Shown in pieces: positions 27,922 through 36,360 of a stretch of 64,000 nt of DNA. The notes below the pieces were generated by a model. That model saw nothing but the letters and a program-made list of their open reading frames with translations. It searched no databases and had not been told where the DNA came from. The stretch lies in NCBI GenBank assembly GCA_022729235.1, contig JALDAJ010000001.1, forward strand, positions 128,001-192,000, in the 5' to 3' direction. Origin of the DNA: Candidatus Nanohalarchaeota archaeon. GTDB lineage: Archaea; Nanohalarchaeota; Nanosalinia; Nanosalinales; Nanosalinaceae. How positions within the stretch are numbered: the stretch's first letter is position 1; the number at the start of each line of letters is the position of its first letter. Both the position numbers and the translations under genes were made by a program.

Positions 27922-28134
27922 ATGTCAACAAAAACAGTTTCACTCAGAGAAAGTGCTTACGAAAAATTGAGGAATTTGAAAAGAGAGAACGAAAGTTTCT
28001 CTGATGTAGTTGAAAGAATCTCGGAGGAACAAGAGCAGAACTTAGAAAAATTCAGCGGCTCATTCCCAGAAATCGGAGAGGTCGAAGAACAGTTGAAAAA
28101 AGAAAGGGAAGAGTTTGAAATGAGGAAGGATTAA
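27922..28134 (+). CDS. vapB: VapB-type antitoxin (archaeal DUF217-like)
   Basis: TKTVSL.E.AYEKL..LKRENESFSDVVERI; directly upstream of a PIN gene. Confidence 0.85.
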   Translation: MSTKTVSLRESAYEKLRNLKRENESFSDVVERISEEQEQNLEKFSGSFPEIGEVEEQLKKEREEFEMRKD

Positions 28135-28136
28135 AC

Positions 28137-28508
28137 TTGAAACTATTAGATACCTCTGTGATAATAGGACTTCTGCGAGGAGAAGAGAAGATAGAAGAAC
28201 TAGTGGCAGCTGAAGAAGAAACTTTATGTAGCTGCTTTCCTGTCCAGTGTGAGCTGTATCGGGGAACCAGAATAGCTAGAAGAACTGAAGACGGAGAGAA
28301 AGAAGTTGAATCGCTGCTGGATGAGCTTGAAAATCTAGAAACAGACAGAGAATCAGCGAAAAAAGTAGCGGAGCTCATAGAAAAATATTCGGAGATAAAC
28401 ATTTTTGATCTGATGATCGCAGGAAGTTGTTTGGCAAATGATGCCAAAATAATTACAAAAGACCGAGACTTCGAAAAGATAGAGGAGTTAGATGCTCAAA
28501 TAGTTTAG
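28137..28508 (+). CDS. vapC: VapC PIN-domain ribonuclease toxin
   Basis: LLDTSVII, E, FDLMIAG and ITKDRDF PIN acidic residues; TTG start. Confidence 0.88.
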   Translation: MKLLDTSVIIGLLRGEEKIEELVAAEEETLCSCFPVQCELYRGTRIARRTEDGEKEVESLLDELENLETDRESAKKVAELIEKYSEINIFDLMIAGSCLANDAKIITKDRDFEKIEELDAQIV

Positions 28509-28521
28509 CTCAGAAAGATGA

Positions 28522-28545
28522 TGGCAGAGCCCGGATTTGAACTGG
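28522..28545 (-). repeat. tRNA-Pro 3' end copy (att-like)
   Basis: 22/24 match to 31627-31650. Confidence 0.85.
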
Positions 28546-28674
28546 CAAGGGAAATCTATAATCATTCAATCTAGCGCGGAATAAAACAGAAGAAAACAAA
28601 TCGAAGTCTAAAAACCCTCCTTTCTCCATATTTAACAAACATTTAAAGAAATATAGTTTCTTAACAAATTTCAA

Positions 28675-29376
28675 ATGAGCCTCAAGGACCTGCTTGAGCG
28701 CATACTACCGGTAGAGCTAGAATTACTTTCCGAGACAGCTTTATTTCTGACTTATACCATATTGGTTTTTTCTCTGGTTCAACGCCTATTAGTTGTTATT
28801 TTCGGTCCTGAAACCTTAGGATTAACCCCGCAGTCACTTATAATCATCGAGACCATCATCGTCCTAGGATCACTCGGACCATTTATTCCGTTGGAAGGTA
28901 TCTTCTTGGCAGCATCAATAGTTTTACTCGCTGTTTCAGCTCTATTTGTCTATTTCATAGATTCCAGAGAGTTACGTTTCGTGGAGAAAATAAAGAGACT
29001 TAGATTTTTGGGCGCCTACCTGTCTTTGTATACTGGTCTATGGATATACACTACTCTTTACGATTTAACAGTGTCTCGTTTTGGCAGTACTATCGATGCA
29101 GATGTCGTAGTAACCCTGTTTGAATTTAATCTCCTCTCAGTCATGTTAACTCTTCTAGGGCTTTCGATCGCTCTACTCTTTCTTAGCCCTATCCTAGTAT
29201 CAGATAAGTCGAGAATAGTGAAGATGATTTCCGCGCGAGCTTATATCTTCGCGATCTCAGTTGTAAGCAGTATTATAGGGTTCGGAGAATTTGGTGCGTT
29301 GATTCTTATCCCATTAATATCAGTACTTATGATAATAGAGTTCATCATATCACTTCTTAGAATCCGACTGAAGTAA
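28675..29376 (+). CDS. Hypothetical multi-TM membrane protein (AT-rich)
   Basis: 233-aa hydrophobic ORF with atypical composition. Confidence 0.65.
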   Translation: MSLKDLLERILPVELELLSETALFLTYTILVFSLVQRLLVVIFGPETLGLTPQSLIIIETIIVLGSLGPFIPLEGIFLAASIVLLAVSALFVYFIDSRELRFVEKIKRLRFLGAYLSLYTGLWIYTTLYDLTVSRFGSTIDADVVVTLFEFNLLSVMLTLLGLSIALLFLSPILVSDKSRIVKMISARAYIFAISVVSSIIGFGEFGALILIPLISVLMIIEFIISLLRIRLK

Positions 29377-29487
29377 ATAACACTGTACTTGAACCGATTT
29401 ACCTGTAAAAAAGCGATAGAGCATGGTTTCACCGACCGTTAGATTTATTACTATAGTAGCACCATAGAATACTTAGGTGAAACATGC

Positions 29488-29721
29488 ATGGCTTCAGTAT
29501 CCGTCAAACTGCCAGACAAATTGAAGAAGCAGATAGAGGACAGAACAGAAGAAGAAGGCTACATGAACAGTTCCGAGTATATTCGACAGGCTGTGCGAGA
29601 GAAAATTAAAGAGGAGACTCAACTTTATCCTGACGAACTCAGAAGGCTGATTAAGCAGGGAGAGAACCCAGAAAAAGGAGAGAACCACAGCCTGGAAGAA
29701 GTAAAAGAAGAGTTCCGATAG
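29488..29721 (+). CDS. Ribbon-helix-helix antitoxin (ParD/RelB-like)
   Basis: SVSVKLP...Y.NSSEYIRQAVRE; C-terminal SLEEVKEE; AGGTGA RBS. Confidence 0.82.
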   Translation: MASVSVKLPDKLKKQIEDRTEEEGYMNSSEYIRQAVREKIKEETQLYPDELRRLIKQGENPEKGENHSLEEVKEEFR

Positions 29722-29724
29722 AAA

Positions 29725-30030
29725 ATGGAAGTTATTTTAAAGGAAGAAGCTCGCCAAGACTTGGCCGAGCTAGATGAAGAAATCAGAAATAGAATTCTAG
29801 ACGAGATAGGGAAACTAGAGAAAAACGCAACGCCCGACAAGTCAACATTCATAGAAATCGGCGATATGGAACTTTTCCGGCTTAAGTTACAGAAGAGAGA
29901 CAGAAACTCCCCGCTCAATCACCGCATATTCTACCAGATTGAAGACAAAAAAGTCTACATTAGAGGAATTTTCCACCGACAGAAAGGATACGGGACAGAA
30001 ACTGAAGAAGAATTAGAAGAAAGGATTTGA
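29725..30030 (+). CDS. relE: RelE/ParE-family toxin
   Basis: VIL.EEA.QDL..LD.EIR.RI...I..L ... HRIFYQI....VYI.GIFHR. Confidence 0.82.
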   Translation: MEVILKEEARQDLAELDEEIRNRILDEIGKLEKNATPDKSTFIEIGDMELFRLKLQKRDRNSPLNHRIFYQIEDKKVYIRGIFHRQKGYGTETEEELEERI

Positions 30031-30034
30031 ACCG
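30023..30034 (-). repeat. tRNA-Pro T-arm fragment overlapping the relE stop codon
   Basis: ggatttgaaccg is identical to 31638-31649. Confidence 0.55.
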
Positions 30035-30109
30035 AGTCATAGACAAACAAGATTGGAGTAATTTGGATTTCGCTATATTCTTTAATAATTTTAGTTAATA
30101 TGATAGGTC

Positions 30110-30643
30110 ATGATATTTAGATTAAAATCAAATTATGAAGGGCAAGACGTTGTTCTATTAGAAGATATTCATCCTAACTATGGGGAAACTGCAGTCTCTT
30201 CATTCAAGATAAGCGAGACTAGAAGAGCAAGAGAACTTCAAGCAGAGGCTGTGGAATATCTACAGCCGGATATTGTTTTGCATGAAGGCCTTCGTCACGA
30301 GGAAAGCGTGGCTCCTGTTAGAGAAGCTGTTGAGAATCTGAATGGCGATAAGGATTGTCAGCTCTTAATGTGGGGTACAGATTATGAGGAACTTGAAAAA
30401 TCCAAGTTGAGCCAATACATGGAAGATGCGAAAGGAAGAGAATTAGATGACAAAGGATGTTTTCAATATTCTCTACTTGATTTTGAAAGAGATGCAGCGA
30501 GACTAGAAATGATTGATGGAATACTCTCAGAATCTCCTGATACGCCAGTAGTGGCTGCTGCCGGAAATGCCCACATACATACTCTTGAGTACGGAATCTC
30601 TATGGAGGGCTATACAGTTTACAAACAGATGCTCGATGTATAG
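30110..30643 (+). CDS. Hypothetical protein, possible ChaN/TraB/EreA-like fold
   Basis: LLEDIH, VLHEG, ERD and VVAAAGNAH occur in the order seen in that superfamily. Confidence 0.45.
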   Translation: MIFRLKSNYEGQDVVLLEDIHPNYGETAVSSFKISETRRARELQAEAVEYLQPDIVLHEGLRHEESVAPVREAVENLNGDKDCQLLMWGTDYEELEKSKLSQYMEDAKGRELDDKGCFQYSLLDFERDAARLEMIDGILSESPDTPVVAAAGNAHIHTLEYGISMEGYTVYKQMLDV

Positions 30644-30729
30644 TGAAGGACTTTTGGAAATAGAACCTTTTGAAATCAAAGAAAACCGTTGGCAGTTCCA
30701 CATTTCTATTAAATCTGGGTAAAAGCAAT

Positions 30730-30836
30730 TGGCAGGACCCGGATTCGAAACCCGTAGGGTTTCTGCATCCTCAGAAAATCGCGCGGATTTTCGATGGACT
30801 TGAACCGGGGTCCAGGCGTCCCAAACGCCCGATGAT
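30730..30836 (-). repeat. Interrupted partial tRNA-Pro copy containing a two-hairpin insertion
   Basis: 30730-30749 matches the tRNA 3' end (18/20) and 30796-30836 matches 31638-31678 (40/41); hairpins at 30747-30763 and 30774-30792 lie between them. Confidence 0.9.
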
Positions 30837-30884
30837 TATCAGAAGGAGAAATTCATAAAATCCTTGAGGGCTAAACAGGTACAT

Positions 30885-31211
30885 ATGAGCGATTACAAAC
30901 ATCAAGAAATTTTAGAAGATTTTACGGAGAAAGTTAACAAGAACCTAAATGGTAGAGTAGAGGAAGTCATACTCTTCGGTTCATACGCCCGAAACGAACA
31001 ACTACCAGGAAGCGATGTGGACTTGTTAATAGTTCTCAGCGATATCAAGAAGAATGATCAGTCAAAGATTTCTCAGATAGCTGGCAACTACTTCTTAGAA
31101 GATCAACTAGTTCTCTCGCCTAAAATCATTACCTCAGATGACTTGGCAGAGAAGTCAGACTACAGCTTCTTTCAGGAAATACAGGAAGAAGGTGTACAGA
31201 TATATGGATGA
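30885..31211 (+). CDS. Minimal nucleotidyltransferase (MNT) antitoxin
   Basis: LFGSYAR......SDVDL (GS-x10-DxD); IQEEGV C-terminus. Confidence 0.88.
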   Translation: MSDYKHQEILEDFTEKVNKNLNGRVEEVILFGSYARNEQLPGSDVDLLIVLSDIKKNDQSKISQIAGNYFLEDQLVLSPKIITSDDLAEKSDYSFFQEIQEEGVQIYG

Positions 31212-31575
31212 AGAACAAAAAGAACTCTTGAAAGCAGCAAAAAAGAAGCTATCCGTCGCAGAAAAACTATTGAAGGAAGAAGAACTGGCAGACTCTGTCT
31301 CACGAGCATATTATGGAATGTTCCACGCAGCACGCGCATTACTTCTAGAGAAGGATTCTAACCCAAAAACACACCAAGGAGTGATATCAGAACTTGGAAA
31401 ACTATTCCGAAACCAAATAGATCCTGAACTAATATCACAAATGTCCCAAATACAATCTCTTAGAGAAGACGCAGACTACGAACCCTATTTCACAATACAG
31501 AGAGAAAGAGCAGAAGAAGTCATAGAATACTCATCCACCTTCATTGAACAAGTAGAAAACCAAATAGAAGAATAA
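31204..31575 (+). CDS. HEPN-domain protein (UPF0332-like), partner of the MNT
   Basis: SRAYYGMFHAARALL, KTHQG and LREDADY; overlaps the MNT gene. Confidence 0.88.
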   Translation: MDEEQKELLKAAKKKLSVAEKLLKEEELADSVSRAYYGMFHAARALLLEKDSNPKTHQGVISELGKLFRNQIDPELISQMSQIQSLREDADYEPYFTIQRERAEEVIEYSSTFIEQVENQIEE

Positions 31576-31626
31576 CTAAGAACTCAAAATTGAATATTCG
31601 CTGATTCTACCTCTAAGACAAAAATA

Positions 31627-31699
31627 TGGCAGGGCCCGGATTTGAACCGGGGTCCAGGCGTCCCAAACGCCCGATGATAGTCCACTACACCACCCCGCC
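31627..31699 (-). tRNA. tRNA-Pro(TGG)
   Basis: Reverse complement GGCGGGG TG GTGTAGTGGACTATCATC GGGCG TTTGGGA CGCCT GGAC CCCGG TTCAAAT CCGGG CCCTGCC A folds as a cloverleaf with anticodon TGG; no intron and no encoded CCA. Confidence 0.93.
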
Positions 31700-31772
31700 G
31701 CTACACTCTGGGATGGTTCGAAAACCGTTAAAACGATTTTCTTATCCTCCGAATCCTAGACAGATTCATCGG

Positions 31773-31793
31773 TACACCACCCTCGCCGCTACA
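31773..31793 (-). repeat. Duplicate of the tRNA-Pro 5' end and leader
   Basis: tacaccaccctcgccgctaca versus 31686-31705 tacaccaccccgccgctaca (one extra T). Confidence 0.8.
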
Positions 31794-31956
31794 AAAGGTC
31801 TATTGGAAGGGTTAACTCATAATGTTTTAAACTTGAACTACACGAAATCATGTTTACGTATTACAAAATTAGCACATAAGCCAATATTAACGTATTTTGT
31901 ATTACAATATTCTATGCTGGTGTAGATTCTTAAGGTTTGGAATCCTGGGAAAACAT

Positions 31957-33255
31957 ATGTACTCGGAGGAAATCCAGCAAGAACTGGAGGACAAAGATAT
32001 CGAAATCGGCGACCAGGTAAAAGTCGGAGAACACGAAGGACGTTTAATGCCGAAGCCCGAAACCGGAGACCCCGACACCTACCTCCTCAAACTTGATAAC
32101 GGCTACAACATCGGAGTTAAGGGAGAATTAGGGCTTTTAGAGAAACGAACAGAGGAAGAACCTGAAAAACCGGAAGTCAAACACCAGGAAGACAGACCGG
32201 ACATCCTGGTACTTCACACCGGAGGAACAATCGCCTCAAGAATATCATACGAGGAAGGTGGTGTCAAGCCCGCTTTCGACCCGGAAGACCTACTAGAGAT
32301 GCACCCTGAAGTCGCGGAAGAGGTCAACATTCACTCAGAAGTCGTCGCCCAGATGTACTCAGGAGACATGGAACCCGGGCACTGGTTCCAGATAGCGGAT
32401 AAAGTAGACGAGATCAAAGACGACTATGACGGGATAATAATCGGGCACGGAACAGATACAATGGCGTTCACCGGTGCCGCACTCCAGCTGATGCTGCAGA
32501 ATATTGACACAGGCGTACTAATGGTGGGCTCACAGAGAAGTAGCGACCGACCGAGTAGCGATTCCTCCATGAACTTCTACTGCGCGACCAGGTTCCTGAA
32601 GGAGACAGATTTCCAGGGCGTAGGAATCTGTATGCACGCATCCTCTAGCGATGATACCTGTAACATCTTACCGGCAGCAAAAGCTAGAAAAATGCATACT
32701 TCAAGACGCGATGCTTTCAAAGCCATTAACTCTGAGCCTCTAGGGAGTGTAAACTACCAAAAAGGAGAGATCGAGGAAAATTTCGAAAATACAAGAGGCG
32801 AATACGAGTTCCGTCCCGAACTAGAGACAGATGTACGGATGCTCAAGGTGAGACCAGGAATGGAAGTCGATGAGATAGAGTTCCTGCTGGAAAAGAATCC
32901 GGACGGAGTAGTAATCGAGGGCACCGGTCTCGGTCACGCACCCGTCGATGTGCTGGACGAGAAAACCAAGCACCACGAAGAGATACTGGAAAAGATAGAC
33001 GAACTGGCGGATGACTCTGTAGTGGTGATGAGCTCTCACTGCCTCAACGGCAGAATCAACATGAACGTCTACGAATACGGGATTAAGCTTCAGGGCGCAG
33101 GAGTCATCGGCGCGGAAGACATGCATCCTGAACTCGCCTATGTAAAACTCATGTGGGCGCTCGGACAGGCAGACTCGAAAGAAGAAGCAGAAGAAATATT
33201 CCAGGAAAACATCGCGGGAGAGATAGAGGAAAGGAGTTTATACAAGGATGAATAG
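31957..33255 (+). CDS. gatD: Glu-tRNA(Gln) amidotransferase subunit D
   Basis: LKLDNGYNIG, TGGTIAS, HGTDT, GSQRSSDRPSSD, KMHTSRRDAF and GTGLGH motifs. Confidence 0.96.
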   Translation: MYSEEIQQELEDKDIEIGDQVKVGEHEGRLMPKPETGDPDTYLLKLDNGYNIGVKGELGLLEKRTEEEPEKPEVKHQEDRPDILVLHTGGTIASRISYEEGGVKPAFDPEDLLEMHPEVAEEVNIHSEVVAQMYSGDMEPGHWFQIADKVDEIKDDYDGIIIGHGTDTMAFTGAALQLMLQNIDTGVLMVGSQRSSDRPSSDSSMNFYCATRFLKETDFQGVGICMHASSSDDTCNILPAAKARKMHTSRRDAFKAINSEPLGSVNYQKGEIEENFENTRGEYEFRPELETDVRMLKVRPGMEVDEIEFLLEKNPDGVVIEGTGLGHAPVDVLDEKTKHHEEILEKIDELADDSVVVMSSHCLNGRINMNVYEYGIKLQGAGVIGAEDMHPELAYVKLMWALGQADSKEEAEEIFQENIAGEIEERSLYKDE

Positions 33256-33514
33256 TATCAAGTACGTCGATGCCTCGTTGCTTGAAGCCCAATACCTAGA
33301 AAGAGGTCAAAATTCCTTCCAAGGCGAAAGATATGAGGCGCTCACTCCGAAAAAACTTATAGAAGAATACGCAAAGGAGGTCGGAGTTGACAAGATGCCG
33401 GCAATAGAACTCGAACCACTGAAGAAACGAGACTTCGATAACTGGGACCACTACAAACAGGCACTTGAAGAAGTCAAACGTACCGCCTTTCTAGAGGTAG
33501 CAGAAAATGACTAA
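33248..33514 (+). CDS. Hypothetical protein
   Basis: 88-aa ORF overlapping both neighbours by 8 nt. Confidence 0.55.
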   Translation: MNSIKYVDASLLEAQYLERGQNSFQGERYEALTPKKLIEEYAKEVGVDKMPAIELEPLKKRDFDNWDHYKQALEEVKRTAFLEVAEND

Positions 33515-34043
33515 AATCTACGGAGTAACAGGGATGCCTCTGTCAGGTAAAACCACTGTAGCGGAGATGATGGAGGAACTCGATTACACGTTGCTAGACA
33601 TGGGAGAGGTCGTCCGGATAGAGATGGAGAAACGCGGAATCCCTCCTGGAAACGAGGGCGAGTTCGTGAATGAAATGCGCGAGGAGCACGGGATGGATGC
33701 CATCGCCCAGCTATCGATACCCTACCTGGAAGAGATGATAGATGAACGCGACAAAATCGTCATCACCGGTATGAGGGGCTGGAGCGAGAAAGAAAGGTTC
33801 GAGAAAGAGACAGGAGAAAACCTGGAGATTATCGCAGTATGGGCGTCAAGAGAAACCCGGAAAGATAGGCGTGAGGAACGTAAAAGAGAGGAAGACATGA
33901 AAGGACAGAGCTTCCAAGATCGCGACCTCCGGGAAATCGATAACGGCGTATCCAAACTACTCGCACTATCGGACCACATGATTAAAAACGATCAGACGAC
34001 GATGGAAGAACTAAGAAACGATGTGGAAGGACTTATTCGATAG
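33507..34043 (+). CDS. Dephospho-CoA kinase-like P-loop protein (UPF0200 family)
   Basis: GVTGMPLSGKT, DMGEVVR, R.EHG..AIA and RDLREI..G motifs. Confidence 0.85.
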   Translation: MTKIYGVTGMPLSGKTTVAEMMEELDYTLLDMGEVVRIEMEKRGIPPGNEGEFVNEMREEHGMDAIAQLSIPYLEEMIDERDKIVITGMRGWSEKERFEKETGENLEIIAVWASRETRKDRREERKREEDMKGQSFQDRDLREIDNGVSKLLALSDHMIKNDQTTMEELRNDVEGLIR

Positions 34044-34422
34044 GCCGTCATATAAAAGCGTGGCAATACCGGGGAGCGGGAGTAATAGATATAAAGCAAT
34101 CAGCGCCGCAAACCTGTATGTAGAGAGAGTAGTGAGCTCTCAATATGACAGTGAAGAGGACTTACCTAACTACCATCCTGACCGAGGAGCAGAGTTCTGG
34201 CCTGGAAACAAGAACCGTGTAAAAATATATAATCATCAGTATCATGAATGGGCTGAACGTCTCATAGTTAGAGCCAGTATAGAAGTAGAGAGTAGAGATG
34301 TAAGCGATGAATGGCCTATAATAAGGAGAATGCTAAACCCGGTAATGCCTGATGAGTTAAAACCTGAGACAGAGCAAGATACACTGGATAACTACAGAGA
34401 AAGCGAAACAGAAGAGGCATAA
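34021..34422 (+). CDS. Hypothetical protein
   Basis: 133-aa ORF filling the gap between the kinase and gatE. Confidence 0.55.
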   Translation: MWKDLFDRPSYKSVAIPGSGSNRYKAISAANLYVERVVSSQYDSEEDLPNYHPDRGAEFWPGNKNRVKIYNHQYHEWAERLIVRASIEVESRDVSDEWPIIRRMLNPVMPDELKPETEQDTLDNYRESETEEA

Positions 34423-34424
34423 TA

Positions 34425-36281
34425 ATGAACTACGAAGAACTTGGATTTCGTTGCGGAATAGAAATTCACCAGCAGCTGGCGACAGAGACAAAGCTGTTCT
34501 GTAACTGTCCTATAGATCTAGAGGATGAGGCTGCTGATGCACAGGTAGAGCGCTTCCTTTCCGCGGTCGCCGGCGAGACAGGGGAAAAAGATCTAGCAGC
34601 GAGAGTAGAGGAGACCAAGTCCCGCAAGTACGTATACAACTACTACAAACGAAACAACTGCCTCGTAGAACTGGACGAAGAGCCTCCGCACCCTCTCAAC
34701 CGCGAAGCACTGGACACCGCGTTAACCTTTGTAAGGATGGTAGATGCAGAGGTTCCGGACGAGATACAGGTGATGCGGAAGCTGGTGGTCGACGGATCAA
34801 ATACAAGCGGGTTCCAGAGAACCGCTATGGTCGGGCTCAACGGCGAACTGGAAACGGAATCTGGCAGCGTAAAAATAGAGGATGTTGAACTTGAAGAAGA
34901 GTCGGCAGGAATCCACAAACGCACCGACGGAAAAGCAATCTACGACCTGAACAGGCTAGGAATACCGCTGGTAGAAGTAGGAACTGATGCATCCATAAAG
35001 AACCCGGAACACGCCCGAGAAGTCGCGATGGAAATCGGGATGCTCCTACGCTCGACAGGAAAAGCAAGGAGAGGACTCGGTACTATAAGACAGGACGTAA
35101 ACGTATCGATAGAAGACGGCTCCAGGGTAGAGATCAAAGGATTCCAGGATGTCCAGAACATCGACAAACTAATCGAGCTGGAGGTCAAGAGGCAGAAAAA
35201 ACTTGTCGAACTCGGAGAGGAACTGAACGAGGCAGAAGTTCAGACGGAAAACGTAACAGAAATATTCGAGGACTCGGAAAACGAGATAATATCAACTGTA
35301 ATCGAAAACAACGGTGCCGTCTACGCCCTGAAAATACCGCAACTCGCAGGAAGAATGAAAGAAGAGATATCCGGCGACCGGTACCTCGCGCTCGAACTGG
35401 TTGACTACGCGAAAAGCCGCGGACTCAAAGGAATGATTCATACAGACGAGGATATCGAAAACTATAACCTAGACGAGGAATTCGACCGGCTCGCGGAGAA
35501 ATTTGGAAGCGAGCCTGAAGATGTACTCGCGATACTTGCCGGACCGGAAGAACAGGCAAGAGAAGCGGCGGAAGCAGTCAAACACCGAGCCGAACTTATT
35601 TACAGTGGAGAAGTACCCGAAGAGACCAGGAACGCGGAGCAGGACTTCACCACCTCATATTCAAGACCGCTGCCTGGAGCCGCCCGGATGTATCCTGAGA
35701 CCGATATACCCGCGATACCTGTCAGCGACGAAAAAGTAGAGGAGATAGACGAGAACCTGCCAGAGACCCTGGAAGAACGCGAGGAGAGATACGCGGAAGA
35801 AATCGGGGAAGAACTCGCATCGCAGATAGTCTACGGAGACTATCTGACCCTTTTCGAAGAATTCAACGATAAGATCAACACGAAGCTCGCCGCAAACATC
35901 TTCACCAATACGCTCGCACAGCTCGAAGCCAGCGACGTGCCTGTTGAACAGCTAGAGAGGAAACATTTCGAGGCGCTCTTCGACTCTCTGGATTCAGGAG
36001 ACGCGGAGAAAGGCGACATCGAGAACATACTCGAAGAACTAGCGGAGAAACCTCTTGAACAACCGGAGGAAGTCGTGGAAGAGACCCTGGAAGGAAAGGC
36101 AGACGAAGACGAGATACGAGAAGTTGTGAAGGAAGTCCTTGAAGAAAAAGAGGGGATGGTAGAAGAACAGGGCATGCATGCCCAGGGCGCACTGATGGGA
36201 CTGGTCATGCAACAGGTCGATGCGGACGGCGGGACTGTTTCACAGATACTCCAGGAAGAGCTCCAGGAAAGGGTCGAGTAG
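34425..36281 (+). CDS. gatE: Glu-tRNA(Gln) amidotransferase subunit E
   Basis: GIEIHQQL, KLFCNCP, MRKLVVDGSNTSGFQRT, RGLGTIRQDVNVSI and RPLPGAARMYPETD motifs. Confidence 0.97.
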   Translation: MNYEELGFRCGIEIHQQLATETKLFCNCPIDLEDEAADAQVERFLSAVAGETGEKDLAARVEETKSRKYVYNYYKRNNCLVELDEEPPHPLNREALDTALTFVRMVDAEVPDEIQVMRKLVVDGSNTSGFQRTAMVGLNGELETESGSVKIEDVELEEESAGIHKRTDGKAIYDLNRLGIPLVEVGTDASIKNPEHAREVAMEIGMLLRSTGKARRGLGTIRQDVNVSIEDGSRVEIKGFQDVQNIDKLIELEVKRQKKLVELGEELNEAEVQTENVTEIFEDSENEIISTVIENNGAVYALKIPQLAGRMKEEISGDRYLALELVDYAKSRGLKGMIHTDEDIENYNLDEEFDRLAEKFGSEPEDVLAILAGPEEQAREAAEAVKHRAELIYSGEVPEETRNAEQDFTTSYSRPLPGAARMYPETDIPAIPVSDEKVEEIDENLPETLEEREERYAEEIGEELASQIVYGDYLTLFEEFNDKINTKLAANIFTNTLAQLEASDVPVEQLERKHFEALFDSLDSGDAEKGDIENILEELAEKPLEQPEEVVEETLEGKADEDEIREVVKEVLEEKEGMVEEQGMHAQGALMGLVMQQVDADGGTVSQILQEELQERVE

Positions 36282-36360
36282 CGTACTTGTGACCCGTATA
36301 CGATTAGTTTTTATAATTTGGTGTTAAGTCTCACAATGTTTCTCAAGGTGAAATCAACTC

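Noticed and set aside
30730-30836. Second functional, intron-containing tRNA-Pro
   Set aside because: The 5' acceptor strand and most of the D-arm are absent, and no clear bulge-helix-bulge was found.
30670-30858. ORFs 30670..30858 and 31626..31925
   Set aside because: They are translations of antisense tRNA sequence (shared EPGSRRPKRPMI), not credible proteins.
27819-31793. CRISPR array
   Set aside because: The repeats are tRNA-derived, unequal in length and separated by whole genes; no cas genes are present.
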